Below are positions 16,608-29,100 of a stretch of DNA of 64,000 nucleotides, one piece after another (positions within the stretch are counted from its first letter, which is position 1; every line of letters begins with the position of its first letter). The notes below the pieces were generated by a model. It saw only the letters and a list, made by a program, of their open reading frames with translations, did not search any database and was not told the DNA's origin. The translations under genes and the position numbers were made by a program. The stretch comes from Macrostomum lignano (Eukaryota): assembly GCA_002269645.1 (NCBI GenBank), contig NIVC01000544.1:310001-374000 (forward strand). The letters run 5' to 3'.

Positions 16608-19600
16608 ATGGCTACTGCTCACTCTGCTGCCCATGAGCAGGGCAGTGGGGGTTCAGTCAGATCAGTCTCAGACCAGCCAACAGTCTCAGCCGACAGGCAC
16701 GCTACGTTTGACGGATTTGACCCGACCGAGTGGCCTGACATACTGATGATGACGGAAGAGGATGATCCAGACTCTGATGACGATGTGGATGATGATAAGC
16801 TGCCGGACACGAAGCCTCTGGATCACAAATTTATGGGAAATCTGCTGGCTTTCGCAATTGAGGGACAGTTTAAACAAGCGATTGAATTTGTTGGAGGCGT
16901 GCCCGATCGACAGCTTCAACTGCAGCGAGACAAGCACCAGAGAACTGCCGCTCACTATGCCGGAATGAGTCCTGAAGGAGCAGAACTGCTCAAGAAATTA
17001 GTACAGAGATTGGGTACTTCCTGTCTGAGGCATGAGGACTGCAACTCGGTAGCTCCACTTCACTATGCTGCTCAGAACTATTCACTGCAGCAGTTTAGTG
17101 ATCTGTTTCTAGGTGCGGAACAGGAGTTGCGGAGCTCAAATTATCGGAATAAAGTGGGAGACACGCTGGCCCACTTTGCTGCTAGAAATACTAGCGATGA
17201 AAAATTAATCAAATCGGTGCTCCACGGCAACAAGTCCGATCGGTTGCTATGGAAAAACAACAGAGGCCGCACTGTGCTTCATGAGGCAGTTGAGCACTGC
17301 AGTGCCGAAACTGTAAAGTATCTCCTTAGCCAGGGGATAAATCACTTCATTCCAGTGAGCCTAAGAGATGAGAGCAATGATGAAGATCCCCAAGGCGCCC
17401 CAGCAACCAATGACCATCAACAAGATGAAGAAGAGGAAACAAGTGCGAGCGCAAACAAAAGGGCACGAAAATGGAAGGCACGACAGGAGGCCATCGAGAA
17501 AATGAAAAATCTGAAAGACTCCGACGGAAACACGCTGGCCCACTGCGCCTCTAGGAACCGGAATCCGAGCTGCTATAAGGGCGCAGTGTTCCTGGAAGTG
17601 CAACAGCTGTTTGGCCAAGAATGTCTTAACTGGAGGAACTCAATGGATCAGACAGTGCTACAGGCAGTCATCGAGTATAGCCCAGACAGCACGGCTGAAC
17701 AGATGGTAGAGGAATTCGCGAAATACCAGTACAATATAGATCAGCTTTTTACGCACGCCGATGAGTATAAGAACAGTTACCTGCACTTTGCCGCGATGTA
17801 CAAAAAAGTACAAACATTCGGCAAGATATTGGAGCTGATGCTTAAAGCTCGTGAAAATGAATGCATCAAACAAATTAAAGACAAAAGCAATGTCGATGGC
17901 AAAACCGTTTTTTTCCTTGCTGCCAGTAGCAAAGATGAACTATTTCAGATTCTGAAGGAGAAACTTCCCCACTTTGATTTGGGGAGAGTCCTTGGTGAGC
18001 GCGACAGCAGAAGCAGAAACATGCTTTTCTACGCCTGCATGAGCTGGAATTTCTTCTTTTTTAATGTTGAATTAGAGAAACCTGATGCTTTCACAGAAGC
18101 GGATACCGATGGAAACAGTCTTTTGCACGCCCTGTTCTTGAATCACGAAACCGATCAGAAATATTCCTCCGACAACTTTTTTCAAGCTGTAAACTTCTTA
18201 GCTGAAAAAATGACTGGTAGCATTAGGCGGGAAAATAATATGGGAAAAAACTTTCTTCACTGCTCCCAGGTAAAAGAAAAATTTCTTATTGAAATATTGA
18301 ATGATGCAAGAAAATATAACTGGGAAGAAAAACTGAAAGAAGTTTTTCTCAGCAAGGACGGCGTTCACGTAGTTCACGAGTTCGCTTGCAGGTACAACCT
18401 GAGGGCACTGATGACACCCCTTTCTAAGATTGCTGGAGTGAAGAAAGCCGAACTGCGGAGCAAGAAAGTCGAGAGGGGTCCCTTTAAGGGTGCAACCTGC
18501 CTGCACTTTGCCTGCCGAGCAGGTCACCCGGCCAACATTTTTTACTTACAGAATAAGAGCCTTAGCATCTACGCCAGAGACGGCGACGGGCACACTTGCG
18601 TAGATTATGCTCGCAACACTGACCAGCTTCAAAGGCTGGTGGAGGTGGTGGAAACGAAGTTGAAGAATCGGGAAGGTCAGGAACCGCTAATTGAATTTCT
18701 CCGCCTTCTGGACCCGGCTCAAGCAGCCTTAAAGCTACCTGACCGAGTCGCCGCCATGCAGCACATTAGTGAGATTGTCGATCAACCGGTGATAGATGAC
18801 GTAGAACGAGGCCAGTCACAATTCAAAAAAGAAGCACAGAAAGACCAGGCCAACCCTTCGACTGACGTAGCAAGCAAGTCTTCGATTGAAGTCTCCGTAT
18901 TCGAGGCTGTCTGGAAGGACGGCTCGACAAGGGCGCTTCGAAGTGCACTTAAGCTGGACCCAGTAAGTTCAGATACTCAAGCAAAGTTCATTCGGTATTG
19001 GGTAAAGAAACACCCTGGCGATAAATGCATTGAGAAAAACGAAGAAGAGATGCGAATAGTTGACCTTGCGCTTAGACGCGACAAGCTCGATCTTCTTCCC
19101 GACCTCATTCTGACAAGGCAATTCGAGCTGATTCCCAGCTGCATTCTGCTGATCATTCAGCTGAAACAAAAAAAGGCCAAAACTGATGAGAGCCATGACC
19201 AGCTAAAGCGCCTCAAGAGCAAAGTCATCAGCATTGCTGTAAACACTCTTGACGAACTATACTTGAATGCGAACGGTAAAGAGAGGCAGCTTTTATTCAA
19301 TTATATTAGAGGTGACGTCGGAGGACCAAAGTTTAGCATTGCCGAAGATGAAAGCAGCAGAGCGCTCACATGCTGCGGCGACGAGTCACAGCAGACTCAG
19401 CGGCACACTATTTTAGAACTGGTGGAAATTGCTGAATGCGAGGATCTGTACGCTACGGACTGCATCTACAAGCTGGCTGAAGAAGAGTGGAAAAACTCAA
19501 AGATCTGTGGAAGTCCAAAGATTCACTTTAGACTTAGCCTAGCTATCTACGTAGTATTCATGTTTTACTTTGCCTGGTTCATTACCGACTTTAAGAGAAC

Positions 19601-21221
19601 ATTCGATTGGTTGGGTAGTGACATAGCTTTGACAGCATTCGCGCTGCTGTTTGTCGTGCTCGAATTGTTCGAATTATTCTCGCTTCCGCTAAGAAAAATC
19701 TGCTGTTGCAGCAGCAGAATGAGCAAGTGCTCGATGCACTGGAGGAATGTCTACAACATGTTCGACTTCATAGCACTGCTGCTTCTGTGGCTCGGCATTG
19801 TCTGGAAATGGGTCATCTTCGGAAAGCCTGATGACGACACTGCCTACGCGTGCCAGTCTGTTCTCAGCACGTCGTTTCTCTTTTTTGGATTTCGGTCTGT
19901 TGCCTTTCTAAGCTTGTATAAAAGGATCGGGCACGTCATCGTCATACTGATGAATTTAATCGTCAAAGATTTGCTACCCTTCTTAGCTATCATTGCCATT
20001 GTTTTCCTGTCTTTCGGAGTGTTCTTCTTCAATTTGCTGTTCCCGTCAACCACTACGAACTCGACCGAAACTCAGAAACAGTTTTACTGGTGGCGAGTCA
20101 TGCTGCAGATTTTTACCATGCCGTTTGACCTGCTTTTTACCAACTACGATCGCTTCGATTTCAACACTCCTAGAATTGACTTACCCCAGGAAGTCGGTTC
20201 TGTGACAAACGCTATCGGACTGTCCTGGTTTCGAAATCTCACGATGTTCGTCTTCCTCCTGCTGGTGAACATTGTGATGGTGAACCTTCTTATCGCTCTG
20301 TTTAGTCTCCGGGTGAGCACACTTCACAGCAAGGCAACCGGGATCTGGAGACAGGGCTATTTTGAGCTGATTCGAGCGTATCAGAGACGAGCGGAACTGT
20401 GTCGGTGCTGCTTTGGAAGAAGTGCCTCGATTGATCCAAGTGCCTCGATTGATCCAGACGACAACCAAGACGTGAGTTTGATTTGATTGAGCTTGGCCTG
20501 AGTTTGAGCGGATTTGATGGTTTTTTCATAAAATTAAATACAATTTCAATTTCAGCTCCCACTTTACTGCAATTAGTTTTCTTCTCTTGCCTTGCAGGAG
20601 AAAAAATATCACAATTCATACCTCCGTTACCTGCGTTACCAAGCTGAACAACTGCGTAAACTTCGCCCAAGGCTGTCTCAAGAACTGGAAAAAAATCGAA
20701 CCGATTTCGAAAAGCTGAAAGCACACTTCGAGAACAACATCACACAGGCAAGCTCTGAGATCAACGACGATCTGGCGCGATTACAGCGCAAGTTGAATGA
20801 CTTTGAGCACTCTCAGAATCTTAGAATTTTAGAGTTGGAACACTCACAGCAGAGGCGGCAGGTAACAGGAGTGAGACGTGCTGACCAACAACAGAGCCAG
20901 CAGGGAACTGCAGGAGTGAGACGTGCTGACCAACAACAGAGCAAGCAGGGAACTGCAGGAGTGAGACGTGCTGACCAACAACAGAGCAAGCAGGGAACTG
21001 CAGGAGTGAGCAGTGCTCACCAACAACAGAGCCAGCAGGGAACTGCAGGAGTGAGCAGTGCTCACCAACAACAGAGCCAGCAGGGAACTGCAGGAGTGAG
21101 CAGTGCTCACCAACAACAGAGCCAGCAGGGAACTGCAGGAGTGAGCAGTGCTCACCAACAACAGAGGAGGCAGCAGGGACCAGGAGCCAGACGTACTGGC
21201 AAGCGGGCATGTAGGTCGTAG
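16608..21221 (+). CDS. Ankyrin-repeat TRP cation channel, about 1495 aa
   Basis: Exon 1 16608-20471 and exon 2 20598-21221 (GAC|gtgagt ... cttgcag|GAG, phase 0). Many ankyrin repeats (TAAHYA, PLHYAA, TLAHFAA, TVLHEA, TCLHFAC); six TM segments including WRNVYNMFDF and FRSVAFL..IGHV..KDLLPF; S6 FLLLVNIVMVNLLIALFS; TRP-box-like IWRQGY; C-terminal coiled coil. Confidence 0.9.
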
Positions 21222-22486
21222 CAGATGACCGTTGGGAATCGAGCTGAGTACAAACTATTGGTTGTCTGAGCCAGATATCTTCTCCAAACATTTGTAACGA
21301 AAACCTAATTTGAACTGCCTAATATCTTTTTGCAGCTGAAATCTCGAAAGTATAAGGTCAGAAGTATAAAATTAACAAGAATTGACAATTTGAAAACATT
21401 TGGTAAGAATGCAAAAAGAGACGTTTGAAATTACTTTTGTTTTAGCAGGAATGATAAAAATTTTATTGAAACAATTGAAAAGATTGAAACCGATAAAAAA
21501 CAAAAAAGCATAAGAAGTTTAAGCGGTTTTGTGACTTCCATAAGGATTTACCTCTACACACTGCTTCGATGCATATAATGTTTTTTTCGTGCTTATTCAG
21601 AACTTCAAATTCAATTGTGATTCTATTTTACTTCCCGAATTTTTCATTTTTTTATTCTACGAAATATTTGAAATCACTGGTAGAAATGTTTGTATTGTTA
21701 TAACAAATTTTATTTAATGTTATAATCTTCGTCTTAACTGATCGCAAAGATAATATGAAAGAAAACGTTCTGTGTAGGTTTTTTGAGTTTCGCTGCTAAC
21801 CTTTTTTAAGAACGGAATTTTTTGTTTGAAATGTCGTATTTTAAGACATTGATTTAACTATTTAGAGTAGTATTTATAGTTTTAAACTGCTGTCATGTCT
21901 TGCGTGCAGAAATTATTAGCGAATATTTCCCAGCTTTATATATCGAACTATCGCACCATATGTTCTTTTAATATTCAAGATTTTTTTGCGAGGACACCAT
22001 TTTTTTGTTTGATCTAACAGCTATAATTAATGACGCCGCTTTTACACGAGAGTTTCTTTTTTTCCGTAAGGCAGTTTCCTCTTCCAAGCCAGTGTGGAAC
22101 AGGGGTCAGGAAACTTCGGCCTGGGAAGCCTCTCTATCCGTGGCCCTATACCGTCCTATAAGAACTTCACAATGGCAATTCGGCCCGTTCAATACGTATG
22201 TCTCTTCTCACCTCTTCATCTAAATTCTCCCCTTTTCTCTCTCCTCTTATCTTCCCAATCTCCTGTCCACTTTCATTCTGGTCGCAGCCATGCGCTGAGT
22301 TGTCTATCTCTGGCAATGATGTACTGCGGACCCCAGGTGTAGAAGTTTATTATACTCTTAGAAAGAAACGGCTGTGAAGGCGCTGTGGACGCTTCCGTAT
22401 ATTTGTATTTTTGTTTGTAAACACGGATGGTTAGTAACTGATGCTTATACTCGCAAGCAGACAGGTCAACGAAGTCAGGTGTTTAA

Positions 22487-24165
22487 TGCTACGGCTTCGG
22501 TGGCGATGACATTGATGGAAATAATTATGAATGTTGCCGATCGGAAACATGGCAACATATTTATGAGTGTGTCACCTGTAGTGCGTACGAGTATTTCAGC
22601 TTGGCCGTGTTTTTGAAAGCCAACGTTAGTGGGATTAGCGGTGTTATAGAGGCCGGGGGCGTGATAAGTGGGAATATTAGCGGCTTTAGCACCACCAGGG
22701 CTTTAGCACCAGGGGATTCAGCACCACCAGGGCTTTAGCAACAGGGGCTTTAGCAACAGGGGCTTTAGCAACAGGGGCTTTAGCACCAGGGGCTTTAGCA
22801 ACAGGGGATTCAGCACCACCAGGGCTTTAGCAACAGGGGCTTTAGCAACAGGGGCTTTAGAAACAGGGGATTTAGCACCAGGGGCTTTAGCAACAGGGGT
22901 TTTAGCACCAGGGGCTTTAGCAACAGGGCAGGGGTTTTAGCAACAGGGGCTTTAGCAGCAGGGGCTTTAGAAACAGGGGCTTTAGCACCAGGGGATTCAG
23001 CACCACCAGGGCTTTAGCAACAGGGGCTTTAGCAACAGGGGCTTTAGCAACAGGGGCTTTAGCAACAGGGGCTTTAGCAACAGGGGTTTTAGCACCAGGG
23101 GCTTTAGCAACAGGGGTTTTAGCAACAGGGGCTTTAGCAGCAGGGGCTTTAGAAACAGGGGCTTTAGCACCAGGGGATTCAGCACCACCAGGGCTTTAGC
23201 AACAGGGGCTTTAGCAACAGGGGCTTTAGCAACAGGGGCTTTAGCAACAGGGGCTTTAGCAACAGGGGTTTTAGCACCAGGGGCTTTAGCAACAGGGGTT
23301 TTAGCAACAGGGGCTTTAGCAGCAGGGGCTTTAGAAACAGGGGCTTTAGCAACAGGGGATTCAGCACCACCAGGGCTTTAGCAACAGGGGCTTTAGCAAC
23401 AGGGGCTTTAGCAACATGGGCTTTAGCAACAGGGGCTTTAGCAACAGGGGCTTTAGCAACAGGGGCTTTAGCAACAGGGGCTTTAGCAACAGGGGCTTTA
23501 GCAACAGGGGCTTTAGCACCAGGGGCTTTAGCAACAGGGGTTTTAGCACCAGGGGCTTTAGCAACAGGGGTTTTAGCAACAGGGGCTTTAGCAGCAGGGG
23601 CTTTAGAAACAGGGGCTTTAGCACCAGGGGATTCAGCACCACCAGGGCTTTAGCAACAGGGGCTTTAGCAACAGGGGCTTTAGCAACATGGGCTTTAGCA
23701 ACAGGGGCTTTAGCAACAGGGGTTTTAGCAACAGGGGCTTTAGCATCAGGGGCTTTAGCAACAGGGGCTTTAGAACCAGGGACTTTAGAACCAGGGGCTT
23801 TAGAAACAGGGGCTTTAGAAACAGGGGCTTTAGAACCAGGGACTTTAGCAACAGGGGATTTAGCACCAGGGGATTTAAATTTAGAAAAGTGGATGCATTC
23901 TATCCGAACCGCGAGCACTTCACCGTCATGGACGCGTTCAAAGCAAGGAATTTTTTTGGTTAAATACGAGTTAAAGAAGATGCTCAAAAGGTCTTCCATG
24001 GACAACAAAGATGATCAAGAGGCTTTGCTATTCCATCCGTTCATCTGCAGCCTCTTTGAGCTCATAGAGATCATGCTTAAACATGCAGACTATGATGCCT
24101 TGGTGATTGGGCCTCATAGGACCGCAAACGAAGAGTCAGAGACGAGTTACCTCTGTGCCAGATAA
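22487..24165 (+). other. Possible degenerate or unannotated exon pair flanking a 15-bp array
   Basis: Open Cys-rich frame 22487-22624 (CYGFGGDD..ECC..YECVTCSAYEY) ends at a gttagt donor-like site; an acceptor-like tttag| at 23884 is followed by coding-like sequence to 24165. The phases do not join cleanly and no family was recognised. Confidence 0.25.
22683..23878. repeat. 15-bp G-rich minisatellite (ggggctttagcaaca)
   Basis: About 75 units with recurring variant blocks (ggggattcagcaccacca). Confidence 0.96.
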
Positions 24166-25289
24166 ATTTTAGGTAGAAAAAAATCACACTAGAATAATGG
24201 TGCAAGTTTCACTAAGTTGAAGCTGATTTTTGGTTTCAAACTACGAGTAGACACAAATTAGGCACAATGCATAAAGATATTTTATTTAATATTTTTATTT
24301 AATTTATTCGTTCAATTTGATTTCAAAAAGTTCGTTCGCACAAGCTTGCAAGTAGTTGGAAATAAAATGGTCAGATTTGAATAGTCAAATTTTAAGAACT
24401 TTTCAACCAATTTGATTAAATTATTAAATCTATAAACTTATAGTTCTACTTTCAGTAGTGTAGTAAAAAGTAGCAGTGTTGAAAAACAATATGTAGAAAA
24501 ACAAGAATAACCGTGTCAGTCTGAATGGATTAACTTTAACTCTTACCGGGGTTTTTAGGCAGTGCAAGGAAAGTTGGAAACAAAAATTTTACATGGCAAA
24601 TTTTTAGCCCTTTGAAAAAATCTTTCCTCGTTTTTATAACCCCCTAAAGTCGGAGGTTATAAAAGTATGGTCTTCTAAACAGGTGAATAAAATTTTAAGT
24701 TAGACAAAAGTGGTATAAAATTACTCAAATAACACGAGGAGGGTGTCCAAAAAGTCGTTCACAAAAATTTGCCGCTAAAGATTCTCTTTGATATTGAAGC
24801 CCAATTCTTGTATGGTTTGCGGAAGTAACTTTACGATTAAAACACTGATAACTACTTTTTGGACAACCCAAATATCACTAACTAAAAGCTACTGCTTTTT
24901 CGAATTAGGTGTACTTTAATTAGAATAATTTGTACTTTACTCAACTACGGAGAACATATGATATCAGCCTCTCACCAAAATAAGAAGTCTATTAGAAAGA
25001 AACACATAAAGAACTGCAAAAACTACTGCGGATTCAGGAGAAAAATTCTTTATTAAAGCAGCCAAACTTAAGCTAATATTTTAGCTTAAATACCAAAAAA
25101 ATTAAATGACAAATAACAAGTACAATATTAGACAAATAAATTCGACAGGAGTTATTTACAGGCCACAGGAAACCCAAAAGCCAAAAGCTATTTTTTGTTG
25201 CAAAACTCATTCGTCAGTATGGCAATGTTTTTTCCTGAATCAAACAGACAGTCAATGTTTTAATATAATTTATTCTCTTGGTCATTTGG

Positions 25290-26160
25290 TTAGATTAGCA
25301 ATCCATTCTATTACTACCTATGATAGTTAATTGGATAGATTAGCAATCCATTCTATTACTACCTATGATAGTTAATTGGATAGATTAGCAATCCATTCTC
25401 TTCCTACCTATGATAGTTAATTGGATAGATTAGCAATCCATTCTATTACTACCTATGATAGTTAATTGGATAGATTAGCAATCCATTCTCTTCCTACCTA
25501 TGATAGTTAATTGGATAGATTAGCAATCCATTCTATAACTACCTATGATAGTTAATTGGATAGATTAGCAATCCATTCTCTTCCTACCTATGATAGTTAA
25601 TTGGATAGATTAGCAATCCATTCTCTTCCTACCTATGATAGTTAATTGGATAGATTAGCAATCCATTCTCTTCCTACCTATGATAGTTAATTGGTTAGAT
25701 TAGCAATCCATTCTATTACTACCTATGATAGTTAATTGGATAGATTAGCAATCCATTCTATTACTACCTATGATAGTTAATTGGATAGATTAGCAATCCA
25801 TTCTCTTCCTACCTATGATAGTTAATTGGATAGATTAGCAATCCATTCTCTTCCTACCTATGATAGTTAATTGGATAGATTAGCAATCCATTCTCTTCCT
25901 ACCTATGATAGTTAATTGGATAGATTAGCAATCCATTCTCTTCCTACCTATGATAGTTAATTGGATAGATTAGCAATCAACTCTATTACTACCTATGATA
26001 GTTAATTGGATAGATTAGCAATCCATTCTATTACTACCTATGATAGTTAATTGATAGATTAAAAATCCATTCTATTACTACTTATAATAATTAATTGGAT
26101 AGATTAGCAATCCATTCTCTTCCTGCCTATGATAGTTAATTGGATAGATTAGCAATCCAT
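25290..26160. repeat. 45-bp minisatellite immediately 3' of the kintoun stop codon
   Basis: About 19 units of gatagttaattggatagattagcaatccattctattactacctat. Confidence 0.96.
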
Positions 26161-26195
26161 TCGCTTATTCCCCCAGCCCAGCCCACCAACCCGAT

Positions 26196-29100
26196 TCAAT
26201 CGTCGTCCAGCTCAAAGATGACGCTACTAGTCAGCTGAGAAGCGCCACCGACAGAGACTGTCGACGACTGACCGACAGCTTTGGTCGCTTTGGCGGCGGG
26301 CGGCTTCTGAGACGGCGGTGCCGGCGGCGGTGGCGACAGGGGAGACGCCGCCGCGGAAGCAACAACAGCGGCGGCCGCGGCAACAGTCTCAGCCTCCTCA
26401 GCTTCATCATTGCCGTCGACAATTCTGAAGTCGTCGCCGTTTTCGTCGCCGTCGTTATAAAATTCATCGTCATTAGCGTAGCAGCCTTCAGAGCTTCGTC
26501 GGACCCGAGCAACGCGCCAACCGGAAGTAGAACCGGAGCCGGAACCAAAACCGGAAGCAGAACCGGAAGCAGAACCGGAAGCAGACGAAGGTTCCACAAT
26601 GGTAGGCGCCGTAGTGTCGCTGTTGTGCCGACGTCGACGAGTTTCGCGCTGTTTTTGGCGCTTCTTGCGATTGCGCAACGTCTGATGAAAAGCGCTGATG
26701 GTGGCCGTTGTGCTGTAGTGGGAGAATAGGGAAGCGGTGAGATGGGAATCTGTTTGACTCAACACTTCTAAGACTCTAAATAGACACGTAGCTATTGAGT
26801 TGGATGGATTGCTAATCTACAGACACATAACTAGCGCATACCTGTAATTAGCCGACTCCACGTGACTTGAGAAAGACACAGATCTATTGAGCAACACATT
26901 CTGCTGCTGCTGTTGACCCTGACTGCTAGACAAAGAGCTGGACAAATCGTCAGACGAAGACAAGGATGGACTTCTTGTAAACTTGAGAATTCCTTGCACA
27001 CGGGATTGAGACTGCTGATCTTGCTGTTGCTTCTGCTGTTGAGCAGGCTGAGGCGCCTGTTGCTGGGCAGTCACTGCCACCGGTTTGTCTCGAACATCTT
27101 CGCCAACACCGTCTAGCCTGACTGTGAGCCGGTCGCCGCTCAGTTCGGTGACCACAAGAGATGATGGAGCAGCCGATGTTGATGCAGCAGAAGCTGCAGA
27201 TGGCACAGCAGAGTACTGAGCCAGACAGCCAGCTAAGCTCTTATTCATATTTGGCAGTTGAATGAGTGTTTTAGCAATTGACCCATCGCTGACCGAGGTG
27301 GGTGACGGTTTGGCCTGCAGGATCAGCTGATCAAGCCATTGGTCTTTGCGAGTCTTAACAAATCTGACAACAATATTGTCTTGATTGGCCTGTTAAGAAT
27401 GATGATTTATTTATAATATGATTAGGCTTAGATTAAAATATTCATAAAGAAAATTAACATAACTGAAAACAGTACATTAAAGTATATAACGTACATTATA
27501 GAATACACAGTAGATTAAAGTATAGTACAATACTTTTCAGTACAAAACATACATTACAGTACATAACAATACATTGTAGTAAATTACATTACATAAAAAT
27601 ACATCACAATAAATCATAGTACTTAACAATACATCACAGTAAATTACAGTACAAGCAGTACATTACAGTACATGCAATACATCAGAGATTCGAGATCCAA
27701 TTAGAATTAAGGACAAAGAAGACAACATATTACACACAGGTTAACATTCTCCTGTACCTGCACAAAGTCCACAGTGAAATCCGATCGCATCACAGCCAGG
27801 CTGTAGTCGCTACGCCAGCCTCCGGAACCGACGCTGGCAAAGCTGACTGCCCAGCAGCAGCCGCCGCTTGACACCTCGGCCTCTTTAATAGACTCCGGAT
27901 CAACATTCTTCACGTCAATCAGCATTGTCAGATGACTGTCAGTCTGATTACAGCGAATAGCCGTGCTAGGTAGCAATTGACCAACTCGAAATTCTTCTTT
28001 CATACTAGTACTACTACTATCAGTAGCATTCTCAGTAGTATTGGTAGCATCGGTAGGTTTAGCATCAACAGACGAAGCGGTCTCAGAGGAGTCTGGAAGC
28101 TCTTCAATAAGCGGAGCCGGGTCTGGCATAGCAACAGCGGACGAAACAGACTGCTCAACTGATCTCTGTTGAGCAATACACGGCAGGATTAGCGTAAGCC
28201 GATGCGATTTGCGATCGAATTTTGCCGATCCATTGTCCTCGGTTACAGGGTAGGGCAAGCGGAGCTGCAGGTTGTAAGCGGCTGAAGACTGCTGACTGGT
28301 GACGCGTAAATCACGGTTGTCAACGTCAACATCGATAGCCTGGGCCGTGGTGACGCCTAGGATGCGAAATAACAGGCATTGTCTCTTTGTTGCTAGGCAA
28401 GGGGATTTGTGGAATTAGGATGCTTTGGTGCGTAGGGGATGGGACTGGGGGATGATGGTATAAACGGGTGATGGGACTACGGGGTGATGGGACTGTGGGG
28501 TGATGAGACTACGGGGTAATGGGACTGTGGGGTGATGGGACTGTAGGGTGATGGGACTACGGGGTAATGGGACTGTGGGGTGATGGGACTGTGGGGTGAT
28601 GGGACTACGGGGTAATGGGACTGTGGGGTGATGGGACTGTGGGGTAATGGGACTGTAGGGTGATGGGATTATGGGGTGATGGGACTACGAGGTGATGGGA
28701 CTGTGTGGTGATGGGACTGTGGGGGGATGGGACTACGGGGTGATGGGACTGTGTGGTGATGGGACTGTGGGGTGAGGGGACTGTGGGGTGGTGAGACTGT
28801 GAGGTGATGGGACTGTGGGGTGATGGGACTGTAGGGTGATGGGACTATGGGGTGGTGGGACTGTGGGTGATGGGACTAGAAGGTTTAAATTAGCTATGAG
28901 ACAAAGCTACGCAAAAAAAGCTTACCAGGCAGTTCCACAACAATTTGCACACTATGCGGGCAGCTCTGACTACTGCCAGCAAGCGCAGTAGTATGAGACC
29001 CATCCGACGGACTTTCGTAGGCGAAATCGCCGAAATCGCTTTGATAAGAGTATTTAATCTCGTATTTCGGCTGCTTGGGCGAATTTTTAGTCGACGGCGA

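Noticed and set aside
20472-20597. Stop-codon readthrough or frameshift joining the TRP ORF to the 20592 ORF
   Set aside because: A canonical phase-0 intron (gtgagt..cttgcag) explains the join.
22099-22335. hAT-like terminus caggggtcaggaaac, with a related segment at ~59466-59640
   Set aside because: No matching right TIR or TSD could be confirmed; probably old relics.
25290-26160. Regular 24-52-bp repeat arrays as possible CRISPR arrays
   Set aside because: Units are directly adjacent with no unique spacers, there are no cas genes, and the context is eukaryotic.
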